From Octopus sinensis (taxonomy: Eukaryota): a DNA stretch of 64,000 nucleotides. Under the pieces are notes generated by a model that saw nothing but the letters and a program-made list of their open reading frames with translations, did not search any database and had not been told where the DNA came from. Within the stretch, counting starts at the first letter, position 1. Each line of letters starts with the position of its first letter. Location: positions 83,390,001 to 83,454,000 of the forward strand of contig NC_042997.1 of assembly GCF_006345805.1 (NCBI RefSeq). The letters are read 5' to 3'. Of this stretch, positions 41,309 to 55,299 are shown one piece after another. A program made the position numbers and the translations under genes.

Positions 41309-42955
41309 TGCACAAGATGGTCCAACAATGGTACTCACTAAAATTTCATTGACTCATGATGAGTTTCTTAAGGCTATGAATATTAATTATTTTTTTGTTA
41401 GGCAGGAGTGATAGATGACAGCTGCCTCGTTAAAATAGCTTGTGACCCACAATGAACAATTGGACAAAACTATGATGGCTATTCATCAAAACTGTATGGC
41501 TATTCATCAATGGGGTTGTATGATGCAAATGATTTAACCATTTGCATTACTATCTTCAGAAACAGGCAAGCCATTTAATCACCACTCAGGTAAACAAACA
41601 AGCCTGATATACTTCATAATGACCAGAAAACAGGGAAGACCAATAGTTGTAAATACTAATCTTTCACCAGAGAAGTGTACTATTCAAAGGACTTGTGATT
41701 AGTGACATTAGAATAAGAGCTAAGACAGATCCAGACATAAAACAATCTGAAGAAAGAAGGCATATAAGCTAAAAACTCCTTTGGTCGGATGTCGGCTCAA
41801 AGAAGTACTTGCAAATGCAAACATAAAGAAGAAGGAAACAATAGAGAAATATATAGCATAATAATGAAGTAGAGGGAACTCTTTGATACAGTTTGCTTAG
41901 GGGGAAAACGTTTCTTATGGCAGTGGCATGATAAAATGTCCCCAGTGTATACTTTAAGATAAATACAACAAAGTTGTTTAGTTTTTTTTTTTGTCACGGT
42001 GTACAAATTGATGTAGACCACTATAGAAAAAAATAATCAAGATAAGATATAACACACATATTTATAAATACAAACATAAACATAAATATGCATATATAAA
42101 TATACACACGTACACACAAACTATGATGCCTTACTACCCAACCATCCATTCATCAATCTATCTACGTATACACAAACACACAAGGTAACACATGTTGGGG
42201 CCTAGCACAATTTTTGTCAACTAAATTTTACTCATTAGGCATTGATCAACCTAATGTAAAGACAGAAAACTCTTACTCAAGAGATAATGTGGTTGCAAAG
42301 CATAATTCTTAACCTCATACCTATGCATATACGTGTTTATGTGAGTATTATACATATATCATGTATGTATGTGTGTGTGTATGTATATATATATATATAT
42401 ATAATGTATGTGTATATAAGGGCATCCAGCTGTAGAAACACTGCCAGATCTGACTGGCCTGGTGCAGCCTTCGGGCTCCCCAGACCCCAGTTGAACCGTC
42501 CAACCCATGCTAGCATGGAAAGCGGACGTTAAACGATGATGATGATGATGATGATATGCTGAAAAAAGTAAACATGCCCAGACTACAAAACTATACCACA
42601 TACAATTAACCATGTATAGTGCAGTCTTCATTGAGCTGGGGGTATGCTAAATCCAGTGGATATGTGGATTGCCCCAAGCCATTTAATTATTTATCTGTAT
42701 ATCATAGGTATAGTGGATCAAGGTAGAATGAAAGCTACAGAGTAACACCACACCTGTGATGTATAAGACAACAGTACAAAATAATATCTGTAATATAAAT
42801 ATCACTTTATCCTTTTGAAATTGAAATTCAATAAACTTCAGAATTCCGGGATCAAATCAAATAATGCATTATTAAACTCTTTGCCTGTCTTGTGTAACAC
42901 ACGATACATGAAACATATTTCTCTGGCATCCATGCATCATGTAAGATAAACATAC

Positions 42956-43051
42956 CTAATTTTTTTGTCAACCACTAGAGTAACTTGGGTGCTTATGAAA
43001 GGAAAACTTTATATTACTCAAAATGTATGAAACAAGGGCAAACTAAAAGTC
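42956..43051 (-). other. Candidate non-coding 5' UTR exon of SNX13
   Basis: Acceptor tgtttgttttcag|, donor TAG|gtatgt. 96 nt, 109-nt intron to the exon above. No ATG; places an in-frame TAG directly before the SNX13 ATG. Confidence 0.5.
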
Positions 43052-43160
43052 TGAAAACAAACATAGACATTTAGGTCAGGTAAAAAATTAAATCATCAAA
43101 GAACCAAAATATGTTAATGAATTACTATTGATGGCTGTGGATGTATATATGAATACATAC

Positions 43161-43310
43161 CTTTAGGATTCGGTATGAAATTTTTTTGCTGGGAAATGTT
43201 TTAATCTAGCCACACTTGACACACCGGCTTCCAACAGATACATGGTAAACTAGAACTGGATGGAGGTCTATCAAAACTCCGTAAGGTTCAGCATGGCACA
43301 ATTTACAGAT
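43161..43310 (-). other. Candidate non-coding 5' UTR exon of SNX13 containing two uORFs
   Basis: Acceptor ccattattttcag|, donor AAG|gtatgt. 150 nt with stops in all three frames. Confidence 0.5.
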
Positions 43311-44843
43311 CTGAAAATAATGGATTCACAAAGACATTAGTTAATTTATTACAACTGAATATTCAATTTCAAAATTAAGTAAAAGCTGAATACTTTATAT
43401 GATAAATATTTAAGAGCATACATGTATAATATATCCCATGTATTAGAATGAGAGACACAACTGAGAAGCTTTTTTTTTTTTTTTTTTTTTAGATCAGAGG
43501 TACTTATTCTTTAGTGGATAAAAGAATGGGAGCTGTGATATTCAGGACTTTACCAAAGATATTAAGCAGCATAAATGATACAGCTGTGATAAAACTGAAC
43601 ATGGTTTACGATTGCTTACAATCTACATTACTGGCAATATCACATTAGATATGTACAGTTAATACATAGATGTATAGGAGCAATCCGTTGGTTATGACGA
43701 GGAGAGTCCCAGCTGATACGATCAACAGAACAGCTTGCTTGTAAAATTAACATGCAAGTGGGTAAGCACTTCACAGACACGCGTACCCTTAACATTGTTC
43801 TCAGGGAGATTCAGCGTGATACAAAGTGTGACAAGACTGGCCTTTTGAAATAAAGGTACTACTCATTTTTGCCAGCTGAGTAGACTGGAGCAACATGAAA
43901 TAAAGTGTCTTGCTCAAGGACACAATGAATTGCTGAGAATTGAAACCATGACCTTACAATCATGAGCTGAATGCCCTAACCACTAAGCCATATAGATGTA
44001 TAATCTTCTAAGTAACATATGAACAATTTCTAATGACATAATCAACATTATCATCATACCATATTTACTTTTGAAGAACTGAAACGAAGAATTACAAATC
44101 TAAAGTTGGAAATTATTGCAATAAATATTTTAATTTGTTGAACTTTATGAATTAATCATTCACTGTTTTGTGTGTGTGTCTGTATACAAAGAGACGTTTT
44201 GTTACTTCTTGCAGTTTATGTGATATTGCTTTATGTGATTGTCAGCTTCAATGGCTGGATATCATTCCTATTTTGAATTCTGGTTTAAAAATGATGATCT
44301 ATCAAGAAGAAAGCCAGAGTAAATAGCAAAAATCATATTAAAAGGAATTGTTTATTTAACTTTCTGTTGTTGACTACTTGTTCCCTTGGCATTTATATAA
44401 TCTCTAATTACCACTCTGTACTCAACTGATGTTTTTCATTATTACGTTCTAACACCAGATCATTAGTATTGCTATGCCTAAGCGAATACTGAAGGACGAT
44501 CTCAGGACACTGAACCTTACAGAGTTGACAAAGGGCTGAGACATCTGGTGCCTTGCTATAACACAAGAAGACCCGTCCTCCACAGCACAAGTGTTAATGC
44601 CACTCACCTTAATGAAGAGGATTGACCTGCAAGAACCCTGTGTCAGCACCACATAAAAGCACTCATGCCAGTGCCATCTTAAAAGCACCCACCACACACT
44701 GTAAAGTGGTTGGTGTTAGGAAGGGCATCTAGCTACAGAAACCCAATCAAATCAGATTGAACCTCATGCAGCTTTCTGGCTTGCAAGCTCTGGTCAAACC
44801 ATCTAACTCATACCATGAGAACGGATGTTAAAGGATGATGATG

Positions 44844-44880
<37 letters not shown>

Positions 44881-46091
44881 TACATTTCGGAACAATGCAA
44901 GGAAACAGATAATTGTATTTATGCAAGTATAGAACACATTAAGAAAATTGGATATTTGGCCAAATTAAACAATGTTAAACATAAAAGCAAAGATAAAGTT
45001 AATAGTTTTAATAATTTAAAACAATGTTAGATAAAGAGCATCATACCAAATACTTTAATATATATTATTTGTTATATTTGCAAAATAAATTGTGTGTGTG
45101 TGCACACGCACATATTACACACAAACACAGTTGATTAGTACTGAACTATATAGATAGTGTTTATAGTACAGGTTCCATCAACAGTTGTCAGGAGGTTAAT
45201 AAAAATTTTGCTACCTGATGACAATGTCACAGCATAATACTCAGATAGTGCTATTGCTCAAAATATATAGGTAGTGAAAAATGAGAACACTTCACTAAAT
45301 CAAATGTTACGGTCATCTCTACAGATTTTCTATAGAAATTATAGCCAGCACTAATTCTAATACATTTTATACGTGATTTAAGTGCACTGCTAACACAGAA
45401 GTACACAGTATTGACTTATAAAAACATTTGATATACTTTGTAGCATATTATGGTTGCATAACGAAATACTGTGTGTCTACAAGTCATTAATCTTTATGTA
45501 CCTGCTTTCAGGAATGTGTTTAATATGTAAATTAGTATATCTAATAACATTACACTGCTACATGTAGTGGCTATTTAAGCAATGAGTTTGTGGATGATTA
45601 ATGGGTTAGATGGGTGCTGATGAAGGAGCAAAAACTCTCGAAATATGGCATATACACCCATTACCCATTTGTCCACCTTCAATCTCATTGTTTGTTTACA
45701 TCTGACATCTTGGATATGAAATGTAATGAAATCAGTGCTGGTTATAATTTTGATAGTAAATCTGTAAAGATGACCTTAACACGTGATTTAAGTGCATTGC
45801 TATCACAGCAGTACACAGTATTGACTTATAAAAATGTTTAATAAACTTTGTAGCATATTATGGTTGCATAACGAAATATTGTGTGCCTACAAATCATTAA
45901 TCTCTACTTAATATCTACTAGAAGCAATAAATTTTTTCTGGTGGAGAGAAGCAAAAACAAAAAAATTCATCAGTCATCATGGCTGCACCAGAGATGATAA
46001 ACTACATAAGAAAATTATGAGATGTCTCTAAATAAATAAATAAAACTGTCAACAATAGTATGCATATGCTAATGTTGCAAAATTTTGGTTG

Positions 46092-46476
46092 GCACAGGAG
46101 TGGCTGTGTGGTAAGAAGCTTGCTTCTCAACCACATGATTCCCAGTTCAGTCCTACTGCATGGTACCCTGGGTAAGTGTCTTCTCATATAGCTTCAGGCC
46201 AACCAAAGCCTTGTGAGTGAATTTCATAGATGGGTACTGAAAGAAGCATGTTGTATATAAGTATGTATCTTTGTGAGTCTTTGTGTCTGTCCTCACACCA
46301 CTACTTGACAACCGATGTTGGTGTGTTTACATCCCTGTTACTTAGCAGTTTGACAAAAGAAGCCAGTAGAATAAGTACTAGGCTTAAAACAATAAACCTT
46401 GAGGTTAATTTGTTCCACTAACATCCCTCAAGACAGTGTCCAGCATGGTTGCAGTCTAATGACTGAAACAAGTAAA
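46092..46476 (+). mobile_element. SINE family A, full length
   Basis: ggcacaggagtggctgtgtggtaagaagc ... cagcatggttgcagtctaatgactgaaacaagtaaa. Confidence 0.85.
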
Positions 46477-46763
46477 TATACATACATACACACACACATA
46501 TATACACATACATGATATACATCTATATATATATTTAATAAAATGTGCATTTCTGGATTAGCCCAAGGGCTAATGATATACTCAGTTGGGTTTAATTAAT
46601 TGCATACATAATCTGAATATCCTTCTGCCAATACTTCTATAACTATGTTGGTATTCATCTATAATTGTAGTGTATGCATTTTAATTCTGACCTAAACCCA
46701 GTAACTTGCCTTTAAGTGCCTTATTCACCTGAATCTTTATATATGTATATATATATATGTATG

Positions 46764-46807
<44 letters not shown>

Positions 46808-46884
46808 TATATATATATATATATATAGACACAGACAGACATAGATAGATACACACACATTTATCAACACAAATGACCGCGTGT

Positions 46885-47060
46885 GTATCGTTGGCGATTT
46901 TTTTTCCTCTGTCTTCCCTTCTCTGGATCTTTCCTTCTCCTGTTTCCGACAAAGAGCTCCGCTCAAAACATTAAACCCTCCTTCTTTCCTGAGTGTCCAA
47001 TAATACTATATTTGTTCCACGTCCTCGCGTAGTTGTGCTTTTTTGTTTGGATTAACTTTA
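46885..47060 (+). mobile_element. Short microsatellite-flanked repeat carrying a CpG-decayed hammerhead motif (PLE-derived/retrozyme-like)
   Basis: gttt CCGACAA A GAGC tcc GCTC AAAA CA TT aaac at 46942-46976. Confidence 0.55.
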
Positions 47061-47297
47061 TATATATATATGTATAAATGATATATACACATATATACGC
47101 ATATAAGTAAATCAAAAATAATAAAAACAAGAAAATGAAAGTCTAAAGGACATATGAGAAAGTTTAAGATGGGAAAAAGAGGGGGTGTAACATTTCAAGC
47201 ATGAATGAATTTGAATCAGCCACTAGAATTGAATCCATAATAAATATCATATTTATAACAACCCTAACACACACCTCTCTCTTTCTCCATATTATAT

Positions 47298-47331
<34 letters not shown>

Positions 47332-47605
47332 GTATATATGCGTGAGTGCACACCTTCATATAATACATTCATTCATAAATACATACACATAAATACACAT
47401 ACGCATATAAGATCATTTTAGCCAATTATATATATGTTCATGCAAATTCATGCCTCTAAAATTTACTGCAATGTAATAACTTGTTGCAGTTTAACGATCT
47501 GTTACTAATTGCATTCTTAACTATAGTAGATTTATGTTCTTTGATGTCTACACATCAATTTATATACATGTGCATGTCAGTGTATGCATGTGTGTGCATA
47601 CCTAC

Positions 47606-47970
47606 ATTATTACCTCTGCCTTAGCGAAGGTAGAGATATTGTTTTCAGTCATGTTTGTTTGTTGGTCCGTGGACAAGATATCTCAAGAACCGCTGGATGG
47701 ATTTGGATGAAACTCTCAGGGATGTTTGGCCTTATGACTGACACAAACTGATTAGATTTTGGGATCTATTCAGTACCAGACAAGAATTCTGGATTATTTT
47801 ACCTATTTTTTTACTTAATTTTTGAGAGCAATCGCCTTCATTTTTAGTATCCTCGTTTGTGAGAGCAGTTGAATTTATTTCAGATATTCTCATTTAAAAA
47901 TCATCTCGAGCTAATCATTGAGAGGACGGTGTTGCCTTGGTGGAGGTTTGTGCTCTCCGAGTGCTCTTAT
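47606..47970 (+). mobile_element. Helentron/DINE-1-like non-autonomous element
   Basis: ttattacctctgcc..cgaaggtagag...gaaccgctggatggatttggatgaaact...tggaggtttgtgctctccgagtgctc. Confidence 0.6.
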
Positions 47971-48271
47971 TACTATTATTATTATTCACTGTTTTACATC
48001 ATCTACTTCAATATTTTGTCTCTATTACAGAAAAAAGAGAGCTCGACACAACATAAATACATATGAAGCATAAAATAGATTTTGTTAAATAACTAAGACG
48101 CATTAAAATAAAAATTTTTCAAATTTGATATTTTTTTTTCTAGTGCACTTCTCAGTTGTGAATATCAGATGGACTTGGCTTGTATGAAATCCATGTCATC
48201 AAAAATAATGAGTTTTACTCATTATAGAGAATAATAACATATCTATTCTAATTCCATTTTTCTTATATTTG

Positions 48272-48486
48272 ACAGCAGCCACGCCAGAGCACCGCCTTGA
48301 CAGGTTTTAGTCAAACAAATCAGGCCCCAGGACTTTTTTTTTAAGCCTTGTATTTATTCTATGAGTCTCTTTTGCTGGACCATTAAGTTATGGCGATGTA
48401 AACACATCAACATCAGTTGTCAAGCAGTGATTTGGGGGAGGGAACAAACACAGACACAAAAACACACACATAGATACATACATATA

Positions 48487-48542
<56 letters not shown>

Positions 48543-49138
48543 AATTGAGATAGGGGTTGTAAATGCAACCCTCTATGGGATAACGTATATCCAATATACT
48601 GCTAGTGAAGTACCCAACAAAGTTAATACATAAATGTTAATGATTGCGATGCAATCAATTCATTTACTGTATTATATGGGCGAAGGTAAAATGATTTACC
48701 ACAAATTACTAATACAAGATAAGAAAATGGAGAAATACATCAAAATCAAATATCAATTACCAGATAATACTCAATCACATACTATATTAAACCACCACAT
48801 AAGAGACTGTAGGGTTAAATATAAAAAGCAGAACAAATCAGTGTACATAAAGGAATGTACATAAAAAAGTGTACATAAAAGAGTAATATTGTGTAATAAT
48901 TAGAATATATATAAAAAAAGAACATAAATACAAGTAAGTATAAATATAAGTATAAATTATATATACATATACATATATGATGGGCTTCTTTCAGTTTCAG
49001 TCTACCAAATCCACTCACAAGTCTTTGGTGAGCCCAAGGCTATAGTAGAAGACACTTGCCCAAGGTGCCATGCAGTGGGACTGAACCCAGAACCTTGTAA
49101 GTTGGGAAGCAAGCTTCTTAACACACAGCTACACCTGC
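48272..49138 (-). mobile_element. SINE family A with about 400 nt of extra sequence in its microsatellite spacer
   Basis: 3' half at 48272-48480, head at 48978-49138. Confidence 0.75.
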
Positions 49139-49189
49139 AAAATATCAGATTGTTTTTGTGCTCTCAAAAATGTTCTATTCATAGGCACA

Positions 49190-49545
49190 CATATGACAGT
49201 ATGGTAAGGAGTTTGTTTCCCAACCACATGGTTACAGCTTCAGTTCCACCATGTGGCACATTAGGCAAATGTCTCCTTCTGTACCCTAGCCAACCAAAGT
49301 CTTGTGAGTGGATTTGATAGACAAAAATCTGTCATGTGTGTGTGTGTGTGTGTGAGAGAGAGTCCACAAACACTTGACCACTGGTTTTGGTTTGTTTATG
49401 TCCCTATAATTAATAGTTTGATAGATGAGATTAATAGAATAAGTACTGGGGTTGATTTACTTCAAGGCATTGTTTCAGCATGGTTACTTCAAGGCATTGT
49501 TTCAGCATGGCTAAAGTCCAATGACTCAAACAAGTAAAAGAGTCA
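49190..49545 (+). mobile_element. SINE family A, full length, with a 27-nt tandem duplication in the tail
   Basis: ttacttcaaggcattgtttcagcatgg x2 at 49457-49510. Confidence 0.8.
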
Positions 49546-52500
49546 TAATATACTCTAATATTATCTTCTATATAATATTGAAAATATTATTGTAAATTCA
49601 TGCATCATCATTGTTTTAACACCACCCATTCTTCTATCTTTGCATGAACCAGAATTAATTGAGGCAGGTTTTCTGTGGCGACGTGCACTTCCTGTTGCTA
49701 ACCCTCACCTATTTCAAAGCCAAGTAATATTCAAATAATATTTTCCAGAGATCAGACACATTTTCACAAAAGTTTGCAAATGGTGATGTTTATCTACAAC
49801 TGTTGCATGCTGTTAAGACAAAGACACACACACACATGCATACACAATGGGCTTCTATACAGTTTCCATCCACCAAATTTATTCACAAAATATTGTGGTC
49901 AGCTTGGAGCTATAATGGAAAATACCTGCCCAAAGGTACTGCAGTGAAACTGAATCTCAACTCACATGGTTGCAAAGCTTGTTTCTTATCTACACAGCCA
50001 TGCCAGCAGCTATAATGGCACTGTTTTTTCCCAGGTGCATTGTTTTATAACATTAAGTCTTGCTATTTCAGAGAGAACACACATATAAAAGATCAAAGGT
50101 TGAAAAGAGAGTACAAAACAAGTTTTTTTTAATTGGTATGTGTTATCACTAGTTTACTCTTAATTTTTAGGTTGCTGGAAAGGAAGAGGTCATATGAAAA
50201 CAAACCAGTTTGTTTTCTTTTACCACTTTGGTAAATTATTGAAAACAATTCCTACATCTTGTCAACTGGTTTAACAACAAATTCAAAATGCCTTCTCATT
50301 TAACATTACACAGGATTTGCAATCATTAATCACCCTTACATCCTTCATTTCTGCTTAAGCAGATCCTTTGGCACCAGTAACTAACTAAAAAAGAAAACTT
50401 GGAGACAATGTGGAAACTTCCATTTAATCACTAGACCAGCTAAATGGAAGAGTTGGATCTTCTTAAATAAATTCATCACTATCTTAAGAATGATGACCAA
50501 GTGCCTCATCATCATTATCACCATTTACCACCCATGTTCCATACTGGCATGGGTTAGACTGTTTGACTGGAATTGGTAAGCTAGAGAGCTACACCAGGCT
50601 CCAGTTTGTTCTGGCTTGGTTTCTACAGCTGGATGACCTTAATGCCAACCACTCCACAGAGTATACAGGGTGCCTTTTTAACATGTCACTGGCATGGGTG
50701 CATTTCATATATTAAAATTCTAAGAGGAGCCAACAAAGGAACCCTCAATGCAGTCACCTAACTACCTAGAAATAGTAGCCATATCTCCCTGGAATCACAC
50801 ACTAAATTCTTAAGAAAGGTCAGGTATAGTGAACAATGTAGTCAGAGATGTACGAGAAAAATTATAAAACAGGATGGTCTGCTGGAATGTCTGCTCAGTC
50901 AGAGCAGATATGAAGTTCTACATTGCGTTGTTGACACTTCATCCTCATCTGACTCAGTTTACTTAGCTGTATATAAGTACTTGCTGTTCTAACTAGTAAT
51001 AGTACTTGAAATGAGTTTGTTTTTCCTTCATTTGCAATGCTCAATACAACTTTTGAAGGGTTGGCCAAGAGGAAGATGAATTCCATCACAGTGACAGGTC
51101 CAAGGTACACTTTATAAAGGCAAGGCCTTCGAAAAAAAGCTTCTCTGATTCAATCAGATGTGGAATACATCACCACAAGTATGAGTGATTAGACATGGGC
51201 AACAGACATTTGAAGAGAAAATAAAACTCAAAGTCAAAATGTTCACAATGCAATAAATCTCCCAAGTCTTTGTGATCTGACAGCAACTTCTTTGATGACA
51301 TTGGCCTTACTTTTCCTTTAACAGTGCTGGCATGAATAAGCTAAAGTTGCTACTGCTTAACTGTTGGTTTTCCATAAAAACACCTTGCTTAGGCACAAAT
51401 AATGGAGAGGAACTTTCTAGATGAGGATCTATAGTTTCATAAGACACAATGAGGCCATAAATGAACCAAGATCATTTATGATTGCACAACCTGTTAGAAA
51501 CAGCAGTGAAATATTCCTTTTGTATTACACCCTACTAACTTAAAGGCTGTGAGAAAAACCACAGTAGACTAGGTAATATAATCCTTCATATTCTCAAAAA
51601 GACAATAATTATAGCTGGACTGCATTTGATTATAAGGTCTGACAGATTAGTATTGACCTACTGATAAACAATAATAACAAAATTAAATGACTAATAGCCA
51701 TGATTTATATGAGTTAATGACCTCATGAGCATCAATGATTTCCAGCTTATTCACTTTACTGTTCCTCTACTTCCTCCACACACACAATCAATAGAGAGTC
51801 AAAACAAAAGAATCATTGTAGATTCAACAATCTGGAATGTGTTAATGTGAGAGGAGGTTATGTGTGTGCAGCACTGTTCTTTGTTTATGTTATTTATTTT
51901 GAAATTTCAAAATATAGGCATTTGTATTAAAATTACATTAAATCGTCTTTTCTAGTTCTATTCCATCAATGAATATAAATTTTTATGCAAGAATAGCTTG
52001 AGGGATGATATATTTGTTGCTTAAGTATTAGTATAGTTTTCATCAATTAACCCTTTTATTACTATAATTCTGATGAAACACATTGCTTTTGTTTCAATTT
52101 ATTTTGAAATTAATGAAAAATTTAGTAAAATATCTGTCATTATTCAGTTGGTAATTGAAATGTAAATTAATATGAATTTAGATCACTTTAACACTTTAGT
52201 ATTTAAACCAGCTATATCCATCCCAAATATTCTACCTGTTTTGTTTGAACTAGCCAGATTCAGCCTCTCACACCTATCCTACAATGGTGTTCTGAAAAAG
52301 AAAAGATCTCATCACTGAAATCTAAAAGTCACAAGAAAATGTATGATTAGCTGCATGGGTACTTTAACGTGGTACTGCATAGGTGTTTCTACATGACATC
52401 ACATGGGCCCTTTTACGTGACACCGCACAGGGCCTCTTATGTGATACTGCACAGGTTATGTAAAAGCGCTTGTGCAGCATCAAGTAAAAGAGCCCATGTG

Positions 52501-53690
52501 GTTCCACATAAAAGTGCCTGTGTGATGCCATGTAAAAGTGTCTGTGTGGTGTCATGCAAAAGCACCCAGCGCACTCTTTAAAGTAGTTGGCATTAGGAAG
52601 AGCATCAAGTCATAGAAAACATGCCAAATCAAATTGGAGTCTGGTGTAGACCCACTCAGCTTGCCAGCCCAGGTCACACTGTCTTACCCATGCCAGCATG
52701 GGCAACAGACATTTGATGATGATGATGATAATGTCAATAAATAAGCATTACATTTGATAGAGTAAGTCTGAATGCTAAAGGAGTAAACCACTCATAGAAC
52801 AAGGGGCAGGCATTGATTGGTTAGTATCAAAGAGCTAAGTGAAATATGTGAAAATGTTTAGAATAATGAAAACATTTGTACATATCAAATGTAAAATGAG
52901 AAATGATTTCAGAATTCTTTAAGAAAGATTAATTATATAGCTGCAGAAACCTATCAATAATAAATCAATAAAATAAAAATGTACGTGATATATTAACCCA
53001 AAGCATTTTTATATTTCCTATATAGAAATAAATCTTTATACACACACACATTTTTTAATCAAGTAGTTAAAATAGAGGGGCAATGTTCCTGGCCTTTTAC
53101 AGGGCCTCCAAGATGGGGAGAAGAGAGGAAGGAAGGCATCCTCAAAATAGAAGCCTAGCCCAAATATTTACAAAAGAGTTATCTCCACTAAAGACACACA
53201 AGGGTGCTGGTGTTTCACTAAACAGCAGATTAAGTTAAACAGTCAAGTAGGCCACAGCTGGATTTGAACTCAGAACACTTATTGCAAGTAACTAGCCTGA
53301 TACTTTAATGATTCTGTCAGTCTACTGCCCTAGAGTATTAATGTTTTTAAACCTTGAAAAGGTGAAAAACAAAGTTGACCACAATGAGATTTCAACTCAG
53401 AAATCAAGAAGCCAGAATAGATGCTGCAAAATATGCATACACATAACTATGAAAATTTAAATTTTTAGACAGACGTACCACGTAGAAACACTAACAGCAA
53501 TAAGTGAGCTGATAGGAAATTTTTAATAAAAAATATGTAGGCATAGGCATAGATGTACAGTAAGTTTGGTTCTTAACCACAAAATTTGGGGTTTAATACA
53601 ACCGTGTGACACATTGGGCAAGTGTTTTCTACTATAGCCCCAGGCCAACCAAAGCCTCGAGTGAATTTGGTAGAAGAAAACTGAAAAAAG

Positions 53691-53742
<52 letters not shown>

Positions 53743-54579
53743 ACGCACGCATGTGTGTGTTACTATATCTGCATGATTGCTGTAAACAATGAAGGTCACC
53801 ATCATGCAAGTGATGTCCGTCGTTCCCAACATGTCTGATTATGGGAAAATATTACCTTACTTCGGAAAAAGTAAGGGTTGGCAACAGGAATGGCATCTGA
53901 CCATAGACAATCTGCCTCAACAAAATTCCATCTGACCCACAGAAAGCATGAAAAAGTGGGTGTACGACTGATGAGGATGATGATGTACAAGTTACACAGC
54001 AAAGAAAGCTAGTAACCATGACCTTTTCTCTGTATGTATGTCGCCCGCCCATCAGACTAGTGAAACTGATGCTATTAAATGTTCATTTGGAACATTAATT
54101 TGTAGGGCAATGTTTGCAAGAAAAAAGAACAGTAAAAAATGTGAGAAGGATGCAATCCTGGACAAAATGTTTAATGTCAAGTATGAGCGCAAGACTTGTC
54201 TCTAATGATGTTCAACTATGGTTAAGTTTCTATGAAAATTCCACACCATAATACATACAAAATTAAAAACAATCACAAGGACATTGAAAAAAGCCCAATA
54301 CTATACAAACTATAAAACTAACACAAAAAGATTACAATAGATTCACCAAAAAGTATTCTAATTCAGCCGGATTATTAAAATTCCTGACATACCATGGCAC
54401 AAGTTCCAAGTCACCAAAATTGGGGCCTACTATATATAGTAACCAACATTCACTTCATCACAAAACAGCCAATGAGAGAGCCTCCACATAGTCACTGGAT
54501 TTATTAGAAATAGCAGCCAAGTATCCCTGAAATTATATCCTACTGCAATGGATTGCAAACAGTGTACTGCAGGATGTTG

Positions 54580-54960
54580 GTATGGCTGTGTGGCTAAGAA
54601 GCTTACTTTGCAACTATATGGCTTCAAGTTCAGTCCCACTGTGCAGCACCTTGAGCAAGTGTCTTCTACAATAACCCTGGGCTGACCAACATGTTGTGAG
54701 TGAATTTGGTAGATGGAAACTGTGTAGAAACTTCTTGTGTGTGTGTGTGTGTGTGTGTATACACTTATGTGTATGTGCATTGTGTTTGTCTCTCACCACA
54801 TGACAATTAGTATTGGTTTGTTTACATCCCCATAACTTAGCTTCGCAAAAGAGACCAATAGAATAAATACCAGACTTGAAGATAAGTACTGGGGTCAATT
54901 TGTTCAACTACATCCCAGCATGACTGCAGTTCAGTGATTGAAACAAATAAAAGATAAAAG
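54580..54960 (+). mobile_element. SINE family A, full length
   Basis: Head tggctgtgtggctaagaagc; tail ccccagcatgactgcagttcagtgattgaaacaaataaaag. Confidence 0.85.
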
Positions 54961-55299
54961 GCAGGTATGTGATTAATTAAACAAGGTAAACAATAGTTAA
55001 CAATATAGTTTCCCTAATTTTTAACTTTGAAACAGAGTTTGTGGTAAACGTTCCAGGAAAAGCGTACCAGTAATTTTTTGTTTAATCTTCACAATGCCAT
55101 AAAATTAAAGAGACTGAGACTCACCACCCTATTCTCTTAAATAAGACAAGAACACATTAGATAATGTAGTCTTAGAAACCTCTATAAAGACAAGCTAATG
55201 ACACCTTGAATACCTTTGATCAGAGGTTTGTCCAGTCAGGGATGGCTCGGAACTAAGAAACAATAAGAAATTATACATAAAGTGCAAGTGAATCTGTGA

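Noticed and set aside
50072-50230. Two plus-strand mini-exons with an open frame
   Set aside because: The implied intron is only 35 nt and there is no recognisable protein.
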